DNA of 51,264 nt from Cyanophora paradoxa CCMP329 (GCA_004431415.1 QPMI01000458.1:1-51264), one strand, 5' to 3'. Shown: positions 36,188-45,477, counted from the first letter of the stretch. Notes: generated by a model not told the origin, from the letters alone. Numbers and translations: made by a program.

Positions 36188-36237
36188 TGTCTCGACCTTC
36201 TGAGATATTAATTTAAAGATCTGGGAGGGTCGGGACA
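36188..36237 (+). repeat. Dispersed copy of the palindrome core upstream of the helicase gene
   Basis: tgtctcgaccttctgagatattaatttaaagatctgggagggtcgggaca. Confidence 0.85.
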
Positions 36238-36842
36238 GGCTTTGGTCCGACCTTAAGCGCTCAACTAGACCCGGTTGACACCGTCTTGATCTCTCCTTCT
36301 TGGCGCAGCGGACGATGTGACGCGCAGACCGTCGGCCCGGCGGACGGGGAGGCGCGCGCGTAGAACTTCGGAAGCGCTAGCCCCTTGCTTGACCGAAGCT
36401 TAGAAAGTTTTGAGCGCACGCGAATGCGACACGTGTAGAGAGAAGGCAGAGCGCGCCGGAGCTAGCTTGCGCGGCCGAGCGCTCGACCGCCTTTGCTCCT
36501 AAGCTCAGAAAGTTTTGGGCTCACGCGGTTGCTCCACGTGTTTCGACTCAAAACACAGTACCCCAACCCGAAAAAAAGCGCCCGGGCAGCGCATCTCGCA
36601 GCGCCCGGGCCCAGCGCTCCTTGCAGCACTTGCCAGAGGCACTAGCTTGCATTCCGCTCAGCCCGGAGAGCCGCCGCCTCGCTCCTTTCGATTCGGAGGT
36701 GCGCCTCACTTCGCAACCTCTTTCTCCGCACCACGGCTAGCTCCGGACCTCAGATTTTGGGCGCTGGAAAGCTCTCTCGACGCCGCACTCACGCCGCCAC
36801 GCGCAGGGTCGCTCGCGCCGGCCGCGGACCTTCGAAAGCTCG

Positions 36843-38572
36843 ATGGCGCCCGAGCCGGAGCACTCCGCCGCATCCCGCAGGTGCCAGCTCGCTCTCTTGC
36901 CGCTCTATCCCTTGCATTTAGCACCTAGAACATGTCCCGCAACCTCGCGCTCGATTCGCCCGCGTCCGCTGACATTTGGTCTCTGAGCAGGTGCCGAGAT
37001 TGGCCGCCGCGCCTTCCGCAACTCGAGCCGACGTTCGCGGCGACTTGCGCACGCTTCTAGATCTCGTTCTCAAGCCCGCGCATCGATTCGGCGGCTCCGG
37101 CTCGCCTCCCCGCGCCTCCAGCCCCGCGCCCCACACCCGTTCTTGTCCTAGCTAAGCCCTCCCTTGTCCGCAGCCAGTCGCGGGCTACGCGCATCGCGGA
37201 TAGCATCAGTGGAGCTACGTTTCAGCGCTGGACGCAGGCCCGCCCGCCCAATCCCTCCCACCTCCCGCTCGCAGCACGCTCACTGGGCCGCAGGCAGCTT
37301 CGCGGGGAGCCGCTGGATTCGAAGCCGCGCACCTTCCCCGCCCGTCCCGACGTCGTACGCGCTAACGTCGCCCGCGCCGCAGGTGGCCGCCAGGCCTCCT
37401 GCATCCAGTCCTTCGAGCCGGTGTGGCTGCGGGCGAAGCGCCTCGCCTTCTGGCAGGAGACGGCCTCCTGCACCCTCACCCGCTTCGTCATCACCCACTG
37501 CGTCGTCGACCCCACCACCTACCTCGTCGGCTCGGAGACGGAGGGCGGCATGACGAGCGTGGCGGGCATCTGCGAGTACATCTCGCGCACGGAGGGCCCG
37601 GACGCCGCCGCCGCCGTCGCCGCCGACGTCGAGAACGGCGAGCTGGACGAGACCATCGCCGCCTTCGGCCCAGGTGCCGCCTCTTCTCCTACAGGGCCGG
37701 CGGCATCTGGCAGACCTACATCCGCGGCATCGTCCCCAAGGCCCCCTCTCCCTCGGCGAGAGCCAGCCGGCGCTGCAGGCCATCCAGTTCTTCGAGCCGG
37801 CGGACCCGGAGAACGGCCCTTCCCGTCAAGGCCTCGATCCGCGGCAGGGGCAAGCGCACCCGCAACTCGGCCCCGCCTTCGTCCCGCCCCCGCCCTCCTC
37901 GCACGGCCAGCAGCACCCGCCAGCAGCACCCGGCCAGCAGCGCATCGACGAGATGCTGCCGCGCCAGGTCCGGCCCCGCGTACCCCCCGCCTTCCCTGTA
38001 CCCCCCCTCCCCTCGCCCCCCTCCTGATCCAAGGGCAGGGTACCCCGGCGAACGGCGGCGCGGGCCCGAGCGGCTACGGGAGCTCGGCCCCTCCGACGCG
38101 CGCCCAGCCGTCCCTTCCCCGCCGACGCAGCCGTCCGCCGCTCGCCGCGCTCCGACCGACGCGTTCATCCGCCGGCGCCATCCTCAGCGCGATCATGGGC
38201 TTCGGGGCCCAGCAGGGGGCCGAGCGGCGGGCGCTGGCGGCGCGCCAGGCGCGCGAGGCGGAGGCGCGGCGCCAGGGCCTCTGGGCCCAGCGCCTGCAGG
38301 AGGCCACCGCCTTCCGCGCCGAGCTGGAGGCGGGCTTCCGCGCGGAGCGGATGAGCGCGGCGGAGGCCGTGGAGAGCTGGCGGGCGTTCGAGGACGGGAC
38401 CGTGGAGCTGGCGAAGGGCCTCGGCTACAGCTACCGGCGGGCGCCGGTGCCCACCTCGTACGCAAGGCGGGCGGCGCGCGAGGCCTCGCGGGCAAAGATC
38501 GACGCGGCGGAGGAGCAGGCGGCGCGCGAGGAGGCCGAGGACAACGCGCGCTTCCGGCACCTGCACCACTGA
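36843..38572 (+). CDS. Probable intron-containing gene (or genes) inside the viral element; product unknown
   Basis: Host-style branch/acceptor sites end at 36990, 37173, 37293, 37382 and 38038; coding-like blocks SCIQSFEPVWLRAKRLAFWQETASCTLTRFVITHCVVDP and MGFGAQQGAERR...RFRHLHH-stop. Exon structure uncertain. Confidence 0.35.
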
Positions 38573-38620
38573 GGCCCGAGGCGGTATTTTTTCTCAACCC
38601 TCCCTCAATTCGGTCCCGCG

Positions 38621-38809
38621 ATGGCCTTCGAAGCTTATCCTGCCCACTACTCGCTAGGAGCCCTCGCCGCGACCCTCACCTGGCTCCTCGGCGGCACCCC
38701 CACGGCCTCGGCGGTCATCGGCGTGGGCTTTGGCTACGCCGCCAAGAGCCTCTACGCCCCCGGCTGCGCCTCGCAGGCGGCGGCCGGCATGCGCCCCGCC
38801 GGGCGCTAA
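38621..38809 (+). CDS. Small hydrophobic viral protein (62 aa)
   Basis: ATG preceded by ATTTTTTCTC; two hydrophobic segments. Confidence 0.6.
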   Translation: MAFEAYPAHYSLGALAATLTWLLGGTPTASAVIGVGFGYAAKSLYAPGCASQAAAGMRPAGR

Positions 38810-38903
38810 CTTTTCAAAGTTCATTCTCCCCTCCCCTTTTCCGAGTTCCGAGTCCGTTGGCGTTCCCTTTTAAATTTTCTTCATTCTCGTTACACGTTCG
38901 AAG

Positions 38904-39382
38904 ATGTCGAGCGCGGTAGAGAAGCTGCTGTGCACCGTGTTCAAATCGGATTCGCGATGCAGCAAGATCGGCGAGGCGGCGAGGGCTAAGGGTGGGGCGG
39001 CGGCGGAGGGGCCCAGGGTGAGGGCGGCGGATCCCGCGCCGCCGTCGCTGAAAACGATCAAGGGGGCGGGCAAGGGCAGGAGCGTGGGGCGCTGCCCCTC
39101 GTGGCGATCGCGCCGGGGCAGAGGGAGGCGGCGCACGCGGCGACGGCGGCGCTGGCCGCGCGGCGCCAGGCGGAGGCCTACCCGTGCCTGGGCCGGGGGC
39201 TGCACCCGCCGGCCGGCCGCCCCTACGCCGTGAGCGCCTACTTCGACGAGGCCAACCGGCTGAGCTGCCAGGAGCTGTGCGACAACCGCATGCGGCGCGC
39301 CGTGGACGGGCACCTGCCGCTGCTGGTGGCGCTGGGCGGCTCGCTCCTGATGGTCTGGTACCTGCGCGGCCTGGTCATTTAG
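38904..39382 (+). CDS. Viral protein with a C-terminal transmembrane segment (one frameshift near 39095)
   Basis: ATG preceded by AATTTTCT; ORF 38904 joins ORF 39101-39382, ending LPLLVALGGSLLMVWYLRGLVI. Confidence 0.55.
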
Positions 39383-39419
39383 ATAGTTTTTCGAAACCCC
39401 GGTTGGAAGCTAGCCAAGG

Positions 39420-39746
39420 ATGAGCTGGCTCGATGCGCTGCTCACGAAGACCTTCGGCCCCAAGGGCCAGCCGCGCCTGCAGTTCGGCGAGATCAACGCG
39501 GCGATTGGCGCCACGGTGGAGACGAAGAACCGAGAGAACGTCCTGCGCGGCGACGGAGGCGCGTGGGCCGACATTGCGGCGGGCGCCCTGGGCTCCGCGC
39601 TCACCGCACCGGGCAAGGCGGGCCGCGCGCTGACGGACGGGGCCGAGCGCTTCTGGCACTGGCTCAAGGTGGCCGTTGTCATCGCCGCAGCGGTTGTGGC
39701 GGGTCTCCTGGTGCTCGAGGCTCGCGCGCTATTTTCTAAACGCTAG
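39420..39746 (+). CDS. Viral protein with a C-terminal transmembrane helix (108 aa)
   Basis: WLKVAVVIAAAVVAGLLVLEA; upstream GTTTTTCG motif variant. Confidence 0.65.
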   Translation: MSWLDALLTKTFGPKGQPRLQFGEINAAIGATVETKNRENVLRGDGGAWADIAAGALGSALTAPGKAGRALTDGAERFWHWLKVAVVIAAAVVAGLLVLEARALFSKR

Positions 39747-39762
39747 GTAAACCGAGCGAACC

Positions 39763-40137
39763 ATGCGCGGCGGCTCTTCCCCCCGTGTTTCCTTCGCTGA
39801 GAACCCGGTGGCGAACGCAGTCGCCCCTACCCCCCTGGAGCCCGGAGTGAAGCTGGAGCGTGCGAACGCAGTCTCCGTCAAGAAGGCCAAGCGCACGCTG
39901 GCGCTGGAAGTCCCGGTCGCGGAGGATACGGAGAAGGTTGCATTCAACAAGCGCAAGACGTACAAGGCGATACGCGAGGGACAGCTGCTGCCCACGGACT
40001 CGGTTCCCGGGCTGCCGGGCACCACGGCCGGCGAGCTCCTAGTGCGCAACCTGCGCCTGCAGTACGTCTCCCGCCTCCGCCGCTCCAAGGCCAAGAAGGC
40101 GCGCCTGGACTCGGGCGATAGCAGCTCTAGCTCGTAG
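39763..40137 (+). CDS. Basic viral hypothetical protein (124 aa)
   Basis: ATG preceded by ATTTTCTA; K/R-rich; abuts its neighbours. Confidence 0.65.
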   Translation: MRGGSSPRVSFAENPVANAVAPTPLEPGVKLERANAVSVKKAKRTLALEVPVAEDTEKVAFNKRKTYKAIREGQLLPTDSVPGLPGTTAGELLVRNLRLQYVSRLRRSKAKKARLDSGDSSSSS

Positions 40138-40164
40138 GGCTCTGTACTGTTGTATTCAATGCCT

Positions 40165-40448
40165 TTACCAGTTCCTGTTCCTATCCCAGAGCACGACTCG
40201 GGTGAAGGGCACGGTCATAGCGAACATGAACTCGGCGAACTTGGCAAAGTTCATCAGGGTTCCCAGGCGGGGATCCTCCAGTAGATCGCCTCGCGCAGCG
40301 CCTCGTAGACGCGCATGAGGGAGCGCTCGTTCTCCGTCGCGAAGGCGTCGCCGGGCTCGTCGGGGTCGGGATCCGTGAGCTCGGAGTACTCGTCCGAGCT
40401 GCCCGCGCTCTCGGCACCTGCGGCGGGGTCGGGCGAGGGGTCGGGCAT
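40165..40448 (-). CDS. Viral hypothetical protein (one frameshift at the G-run 40268-40271)
   Basis: MPDPSPDP...AIYWRIP continues as RLGTLMNFAKFAEFMF...NRNW with one added base; upstream ATTTTCTG. Confidence 0.5.
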
Positions 40449-40496
40449 TCTTTGCTGGTAGAAGGGCTAGAAGAGGGACCAGAAAATCACTAGCAA

Positions 40497-40838
40497 TCAC
40501 GGGCGCCGGAACTCCATCGAGTCGCCGCGCCAGTACTTGTTGCCGGAGGCGAGCAGCTTCATCGGCTCGCCCGTCGAATCGTGCTTCCAGGCCTCGCCGT
40601 CCCAGAGGGCCGTGCCGCCGTCCTCTAGCTTGAGGCGGTGGCCCGGCTCGAGACGGTTGCCGTCGAGCATGCGGCCGGCCATGAGCGCCAGGTCCCACTC
40701 GGTGAGGTTGCGCTGCTCTGCGGGGGTGAGGCCGCGCTCGACGCGCTCGGGCTGGCGCGCCTCGCGCTCCATGCGGCTGAGGCCCACCAGGAAGAAGATG
40801 GGCAGGGCAAAGGCCATGAGATCTAGCAGGGCCTCCAT
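40497..40838 (-). CDS. Viral protein with an N-terminal transmembrane/signal segment
   Basis: MEALLDLMAFALPIFFLVGL...; upstream CTTTTCTA. Confidence 0.65.
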   Translation of the reverse strand: MEALLDLMAFALPIFFLVGLSRMEREARQPERVERGLTPAEQRNLTEWDLALMAGRMLDGNRLEPGHRLKLEDGGTALWDGEAWKHDSTGEPMKLLASGNKYWRGDSMEFRRP

Positions 40839-40848
40839 TGGGCAAGAC

Positions 40849-41136
40849 TTAGAAAAGGTTCCGGACCAGGCCCGAGAGCTGCGGGCCCAGGCGCCGGGCG
40901 GCGTAGTAGAGCGCGGCCGCCGCCGCCGCAAGGATCAGCAGGCGCGGCGGGCCGCGCGCCGGCTCCTCCAGCGTCAGGTCCACGGTCTCCGGCCCGCGCG
41001 CCGGAGCCGCCAGGATCTCGGGCTCGGAGCAGAGGGACTTGGGCCCACGGCGGCGGCGCTGCTTGGGCGCCGAGGCGGCGGCGGTGAGAAGGTCCTCAGG
41101 CTCCTGCTTGATACCTGCGCAGTCAGTAAAGTCCAT
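40849..41136 (-). CDS. Small viral protein with a C-terminal hydrophobic segment
   Basis: MDFTDCAGIKQEPED...LLILAAAAAALYYA; upstream AATTTTCC. Confidence 0.6.
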   Translation of the reverse strand: MDFTDCAGIKQEPEDLLTAAASAPKQRRRRGPKSLCSEPEILAAPARGPETVDLTLEEPARGPPRLLILAAAAAALYYAARRLGPQLSGLVRNLF

Positions 41137-41194
41137 GCTTGCTGGGTACCTTGGAAAATTGTGGGAGGCGTCCGGAGATTGCGAACGTAGGAGG

Positions 41195-41907
41195 GGGGAG
41201 AAATGACGCGGACGCAAAAGATTCCGTCATGGGTTTTCCGTCATGGGCTGGAACTTGGACTCGGGACTCGGCCGGGAATTCTCCTGGTAAGTTCGAGACT
41301 TGAACTCGGCGGGGTACCCCCTATGTCCAAATGCCCTAGTGTCCCAGAGTCCTAGTGTCCTAGTGTCCTAGTAGTACTAAGTAGTACTAAGTAGGTGGTA
41401 TCGATATCTAGCTAGCTAGCGCTAGCGCTTGCTTAATTAATTACCTGAAAGGTTGCGGAGGTTGCGGACGCGTCACAATTCCGTCATGGGTTTTCCGTCA
41501 TGGGCTGGAACTTGGACTCGGGACTCGGCCGGGAATTCTCCTGGTAAGTTCGAGACTTGAACAAGAACGACGTACCCCTCCTATGACCGTTCTATACTAC
41601 ATTAAAGTATTCATTGATTGTGAATAACGATAATGTCATAGCAACTTCAGTATGATGTCATAGCAACTTGAAATTACCTTCAAGTCGAATAGAGGGGTAC
41701 AGAGTCGGTACGTTAGACTTGACAAAAACACGTGTATTTTTTTACGCCGAGTTTTGCGGCCGAGTCCCGAGTCCAAGTTCCAGCCCATGACGGAAAACCC
41801 ATGACGGAATTGTGACGCGTCCGCAACCTCCGCAACCTTTCAGGTAAATGTCAGGTAACTTCAGGTTAATTAATTAAGCAAGCGCTAGCAAGCACTAGCT
41901 AGATATC
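41195..41907. repeat. Non-coding origin/terminus-like region: one direct repeat plus a perfect 91-bp inverted repeat (41441-41531 / 41757-41847) around an AT-rich spacer
   Basis: Module attccgtcatgggttttccgtcatgggctggaacttggactcgggactcggccg at 41221 and 41478 (forward) and 41757-41810 (reverse); the arms extend imperfectly to 41403/41907. Confidence 0.93.
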
Positions 41908-42334
41908 ACAGCTCTACCTTGCCCAAGTTGATGGTATCTAGCAAGGCCTGCTCCTCCAAGTCTGCACCACCACCGCCTCCCAGCGCTAGCGCTAGCTCGA
42001 TACCGCCTCCGGCCTTGATCTCCCTTGGCTCCAGCCACCTGAGAGGCTCAGGCCACCTCCTCCTGGTGAAGCCGGTATCGTTGCTCTTGTCCAGCTTGAG
42101 GTAGCGGTAGGGCGCCGGCGCCGGCCAGTCCGGCCTGTGGCCGCTTGCCTCCTTGGCTATGTCCTTGGGCCTACGCGGTCGCAGGTCCGCCTTGGCCTTC
42201 GCCCTCTGCAGGGGGCCCAGCGCCTTGAACTTCGGTGCCTTGGTCGCCGGCAGGGCCTTGGGCTGGGGCTTCTGGGGCTTCTGCATCTTCACCGCCTTGG
42301 GCTTCGGCATCCTTGGCTGCTTCGATTTCGGCAT
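41906..42334 (-). CDS. Lys/Pro-rich basic viral protein (possible DNA-binding core protein)
   Basis: MPKSKQPRMPKPKAVKMQKPQKPQPK...; has its own upstream CTTTTCTC motif; overlaps the 3' end of 42171-42572. Confidence 0.5.
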   Translation of the reverse strand: MPKSKQPRMPKPKAVKMQKPQKPQPKALPATKAPKFKALGPLQRAKAKADLRPRRPKDIAKEASGHRPDWPAPAPYRYLKLDKSNDTGFTRRRWPEPLRWLEPREIKAGGGIELALALGGGGGADLEEQALLDTINLGKVEL

Positions 42335-42572
42335 ACTTCTTGCTCATAAATGAGAAAAGCGCCTCAAAGTCTGCCTTTATCTCCTCCTTGGACCAGGATG
42401 TCATCTGATCCGGGTCACCTGAGAACGGCGCATCGAACGCCACGTGGAGCGATTTGCAGGCCTGGGCAATCATTGGCTCGGGCCATGCCAGCTCGATCAG
42501 CTGAAGGTAGATGTTGAGGGCCTTGTCGAGCTTGGCGCCCTGGGAGACCAGCTGGGAGATGGCGGGCTCCAT
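42171..42572 (-). CDS. Viral hypothetical protein with an acidic tail
   Basis: ccaccATGg start (MEPAISQLV) preceded by ATTTTCTG. Confidence 0.6.
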   Translation of the reverse strand: MEPAISQLVSQGAKLDKALNIYLQLIELAWPEPMIAQACKSLHVAFDAPFSGDPDQMTSWSKEEIKADFEALFSFMSKKYAEIEAAKDAEAQGGEDAEAPEAPAQGPAGDQGTEVQGAGPPAEGEGQGGPATA

Positions 42573-42638
42573 GGTGGGTAGACTAGCATCAGAAAATGGC
42601 GCCAAGTTCGAATCTATTTTTTTACCGGGAGAGTTTGG

Positions 42639-42720
42639 GCCCGAGTCCCAGGTCCAAGTTCCAGCCCATGACGGAAAAACCCATGACGGAATCTTTCGCG
42701 TCCGCGTCACTTCTCCCCCC
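42639..42720 (-). repeat. Fourth (inverted) copy of the TTCCGTCATGGG module
   Basis: ccgagtcccaggtccaagttccagcccatgacggaaaaacccatgacggaatctttcgcgtccgcgtcacttctcccc is the imperfect reverse complement of 41195-41270. Confidence 0.9.
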
Positions 42721-42834
42721 CCCCCTCCTCAGGTGAGCGCTCACCTGAACCTCACCTGAACGGCCTCTATAAGCACGCGGCACGCGGCGTTCCCCTCACA
42801 CTCTCAATCTCTCTCAACGCAACCAGCAAGCAAC

Positions 42835-43308
42835 ATGGCCCTTGTTGCCCAGTTCTTCGTCGAGGAATACACCGTGCGCGTGATCGGCGAGCCCATTGAC
42901 CGCGAGGTGGAAGTTCTCAAGGACGGCAAAGTAGACGACTGCAAGGACTGCCCCGGTAAGATCCTCCTCATGAAGCTCTCCGACGATGGCTTCTCCTTCA
43001 CCCTGGTCTCCTGCGCCAAGACCCAAACCGGACAGACGGCCTACATCGTGACCTTCTCCGCGGGGCGCCTGAACTGCACGCATGTTCAAGTACCCGAGTG
43101 GGCCTCGTTCTGCGCGGCGATCTCTCCCTCAGGCCGCTCCCTCGCCTACACATTCTTTGAGGGGTATCAGTGCAACATCTGGGTCTTGCGGAGGCAGATG
43201 GGCTCCCCCCAGATGAAGGTCGATCAGCTGCACCAGCAGTGCGGCTACCCCTTTAGCCTTGACGATAGGATGATTTCCTTTGATCTTGATGGCTCTGTAT
43301 CCCTCTGA
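42835..43308 (+). CDS. Viral hypothetical protein (157 aa)
   Basis: Clean ORF with normal amino-acid composition; TATAAG at ~42767 and CACCTGA repeats upstream. Confidence 0.7.
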   Translation: MALVAQFFVEEYTVRVIGEPIDREVEVLKDGKVDDCKDCPGKILLMKLSDDGFSFTLVSCAKTQTGQTAYIVTFSAGRLNCTHVQVPEWASFCAAISPSGRSLAYTFFEGYQCNIWVLRRQMGSPQMKVDQLHQQCGYPFSLDDRMISFDLDGSVSL

Positions 43309-43416
43309 AATTGAACGCGTGTTTTCTGACTTCGTCTGAAGCTCACCTGACGCGGGGCCTTAAGAGGGGGCACGGGGCCTCGGTTCCTCACACTTTAACC
43401 GTAAGCCAACGAGAGA

Positions 43417-43707
43417 ATGTGCGCCCCCAAGTACTTCACCTGCTGCCTGACCTTCGGCATCTTCGAGTACGAGGCCATGGAAGAGGATCTGGACGAGAAC
43501 GGCGAGATCTGCTTCAACTACTGCAGGCTGCTGCGCAACATCTCGCTGGAGTGCCGCAAGGGCGACTGCTTCCAGCACATCATGCTCAATCCCGCCAAGA
43601 ACGAGATCACCCTGTACGCCGTCGCCTGCCCCAGCGCCAGATTTAGACTCTCGAATATTCGCGTAGCCGCGATCGAAGCCCTTCCCCTCCCCAGTGAGAC
43701 GAATTGA
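43417..43707 (+). CDS. Small Cys-rich viral protein (96 aa)
   Basis: Clean ORF with the same upstream architecture as the preceding gene. Confidence 0.65.
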   Translation: MCAPKYFTCCLTFGIFEYEAMEEDLDENGEICFNYCRLLRNISLECRKGDCFQHIMLNPAKNEITLYAVACPSARFRLSNIRVAAIEALPLPSETN

Positions 43708-43811
43708 ACACGTGTTTTACCTGAATCACCCGAGCGCTCAGCTGAAGTCAGGTGGGGCGCCCTTTAAATATTTTCTAGCGCTAGGCTGATCGCACACTAA
43801 GCTCAGACAAC

Positions 43812-44591
43812 ATGGCCACCGTCCGCAACGCCAACGAGATCGACCCCGCCAAGCTCGCCTTCGAGATCGACGCCACCGGCCGCATCAAGGCCAAGTACGA
43901 CGGCCTGCAGGGCCTCATGATGTACGCGCCGCCCATGGTCACCATCAACCCCTGCATCAACACAGAGCAAGGCAAGGCGTGGAGCGACGAGAAGAAGGCC
44001 TTCGTCATGGAAGAAAACGGCGGATTCTACACGCTGGACCTCACCGATCTCAGCGCCGTCGACGGCCAGACGAACCCCGCCGCGGACGAGTTCCTCAAGC
44101 TGCTCGAGGCCCTGGACGCGAAATTCTGCGAGTTCGTGCAGCAGAACCAGGCCAAGCTCAAGGTCTCGCCCGGCCGCTCCCTCTCCAAGGACCAGATCTC
44201 GGTGCTGCAGACCCCAGCGTGCGCATCAAGGTCGACAAGGAGTCGGGCCAGGCCTTCTACAAGTACCTCAACATGCGCATCCGCACCCAGACGATGGCGG
44301 GCAAGCGCAAGACCATCCCCGTCGTCGACATGTCCAACTACCTCATCACCGAGCGCGCCACCATCGGCACCGGCGACCTGGTGGCCGCCCTCGTCAAAAT
44401 CGACACCGCCTACGCCATCCCCGAGGGCAAGTTCGGCCTCAAGTGGTCCTTCCTCGCCGTGCAGCAGTGCAAGGTCGGCGCCTTTCGCTTCGCCGGGCGC
44501 GCCCCGAGCTGGCCTTCAAGCCCTACGACAACGAGGCCGATTTCGAGCCCTACCTAAACCCGAGTCTATGTACGCAGCCCCCATGCAGTAG
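43812..44591 (+). CDS. NCLDV-type (T7 gp2.5-like OB-fold) single-stranded DNA-binding protein; frameshifts at the C-runs 44212-44215 and 44502-44505
   Basis: YTLDL...FLKLLEALDAKFCEF...LQTP|SVRIK...GDLVAALVKIDTAYAIPEGKFGLKWSFLAVQ, then an acidic/aromatic tail (YDNEADFEPY); matches the helix-plus-GxFGxxW pattern of nucleocytovirus SSBs. Assignment is by motif recall. Confidence 0.65.
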   Translation: MATVRNANEIDPAKLAFEIDATGRIKAKYDGLQGLMMYAPPMVTINPCINTEQGKAWSDEKKAFVMEENGGFYTLDLTDLSAVDGQTNPAADEFLKLLEALDAKFCEFVQQNQAKLKVSPGRSLSKDQISVLQTPACASRSTRSRARPSTSTSTCASAPRRWRASARPSPSSTCPTTSSPSAPPSAPATWWPPSSKSTPPTPSPRASSASSGPSSPCSSARSAPFASPGAPRAGLQALRQRGRFRALPKPESMYAAPMQ

Positions 44592-44644
44592 CTCGGACGA
44601 ATAAATTGTGAATTTTTGGTGCAATTGATTACAAGCTTTTACAC

Positions 44645-45448
44645 TCAAAGGCCGTTGAACTTGCCGCCCACCGCCTTGGGCTCCGCCGCCGTCGAGGCCG
44701 CCGCCTCCGTCACCTCCTTCATCACCTCCGGGTTCGCGTTCGCCGCGTGCACCGCCAGCACCGTCTGCACCAGGGCCATCCCCAGGCGCGCCTCGGGCCC
44801 CAGGGTCACGTAGCGCGAGTACTTAATCACCAGCTCCTCTAAGATCGGCTGCACCTGGTCCATCGAAGAGAGCGTCGCCTGCCCGAGCCCGTCGAGCTTC
44901 AGGCCGATCGGATCGTACGCCTTGTTCAGGTGCTCCAGCGAGTGCATGCCCGCGATCAGAAAGAGGCGCGCCGCCTCCAGCGAACCCCGCGTGCTCAGCT
45001 CGCGCTGAATCTCCTCGTACTCTTCCTTCAGCTCGTCCAGCGGCGTCGCCAGGCTCAGCTTCTTCGTGGACGTAAGCTCGCCCCCGAACGAGCGCCTGTA
45101 CTGCGCGATCTGCCGCAGAACCTGCTTCTTCTCGTCCACGTCCACCTGCGCCTCGTCGCGCGGCCTCTCCTGCAGGTCGATCCCCAGCGCCTTCTTCACG
45201 CTCTGCTCCTTCTTCTTCGTCATTTCGATGTGCTCCTGCACGCTGAAGCTCGCCCCCTTGCTCGGCGCCGTCGGCGGCACCGTGGGCCCGTCGCCCGGCA
45301 GCGCCGTCTTGTCGGCCTTCGGCGCCTTCTCGCCCTTTTCCTTGCCCTCCTTCGCGGGGCGGCCCTTCTTCCGGGGCTGCGGGATTCCCACGGGGTTCGG
45401 CCCGTCCACGGCCAGCGCCTCGAAGCCAAGCATCGCCGAGGGGTCCAT
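44645..45448 (-). CDS. Conserved nucleocytovirus-type hypothetical protein (DPxxLKLDG...EELxxKY...PExRL family; possibly DUF5767-like)
   Basis: LDELKEEYEEI...LEHLNKAYDPIGLKLDGL...ILEELVIKY...GPEARLGMAL resembles a widespread giant-virus protein; uninterrupted 267 aa. The family name is from memory and unverified. Confidence 0.6.
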   Translation of the reverse strand: MDPSAMLGFEALAVDGPNPVGIPQPRKKGRPAKEGKEKGEKAPKADKTALPGDGPTVPPTAPSKGASFSVQEHIEMTKKKEQSVKKALGIDLQERPRDEAQVDVDEKKQVLRQIAQYRRSFGGELTSTKKLSLATPLDELKEEYEEIQRELSTRGSLEAARLFLIAGMHSLEHLNKAYDPIGLKLDGLGQATLSSMDQVQPILEELVIKYSRYVTLGPEARLGMALVQTVLAVHAANANPEVMKEVTEAAASTAAEPKAVGGKFNGL

Positions 45449-45477
45449 CCTTTACGCCTGCCCCTTAGAAATATTTT

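Noticed and set aside
43307-43316. Mimivirus early promoter AAAATTGA
   Set aside because: Only a 7-of-8 match, located at gene ends and seen twice at most; insufficient evidence.
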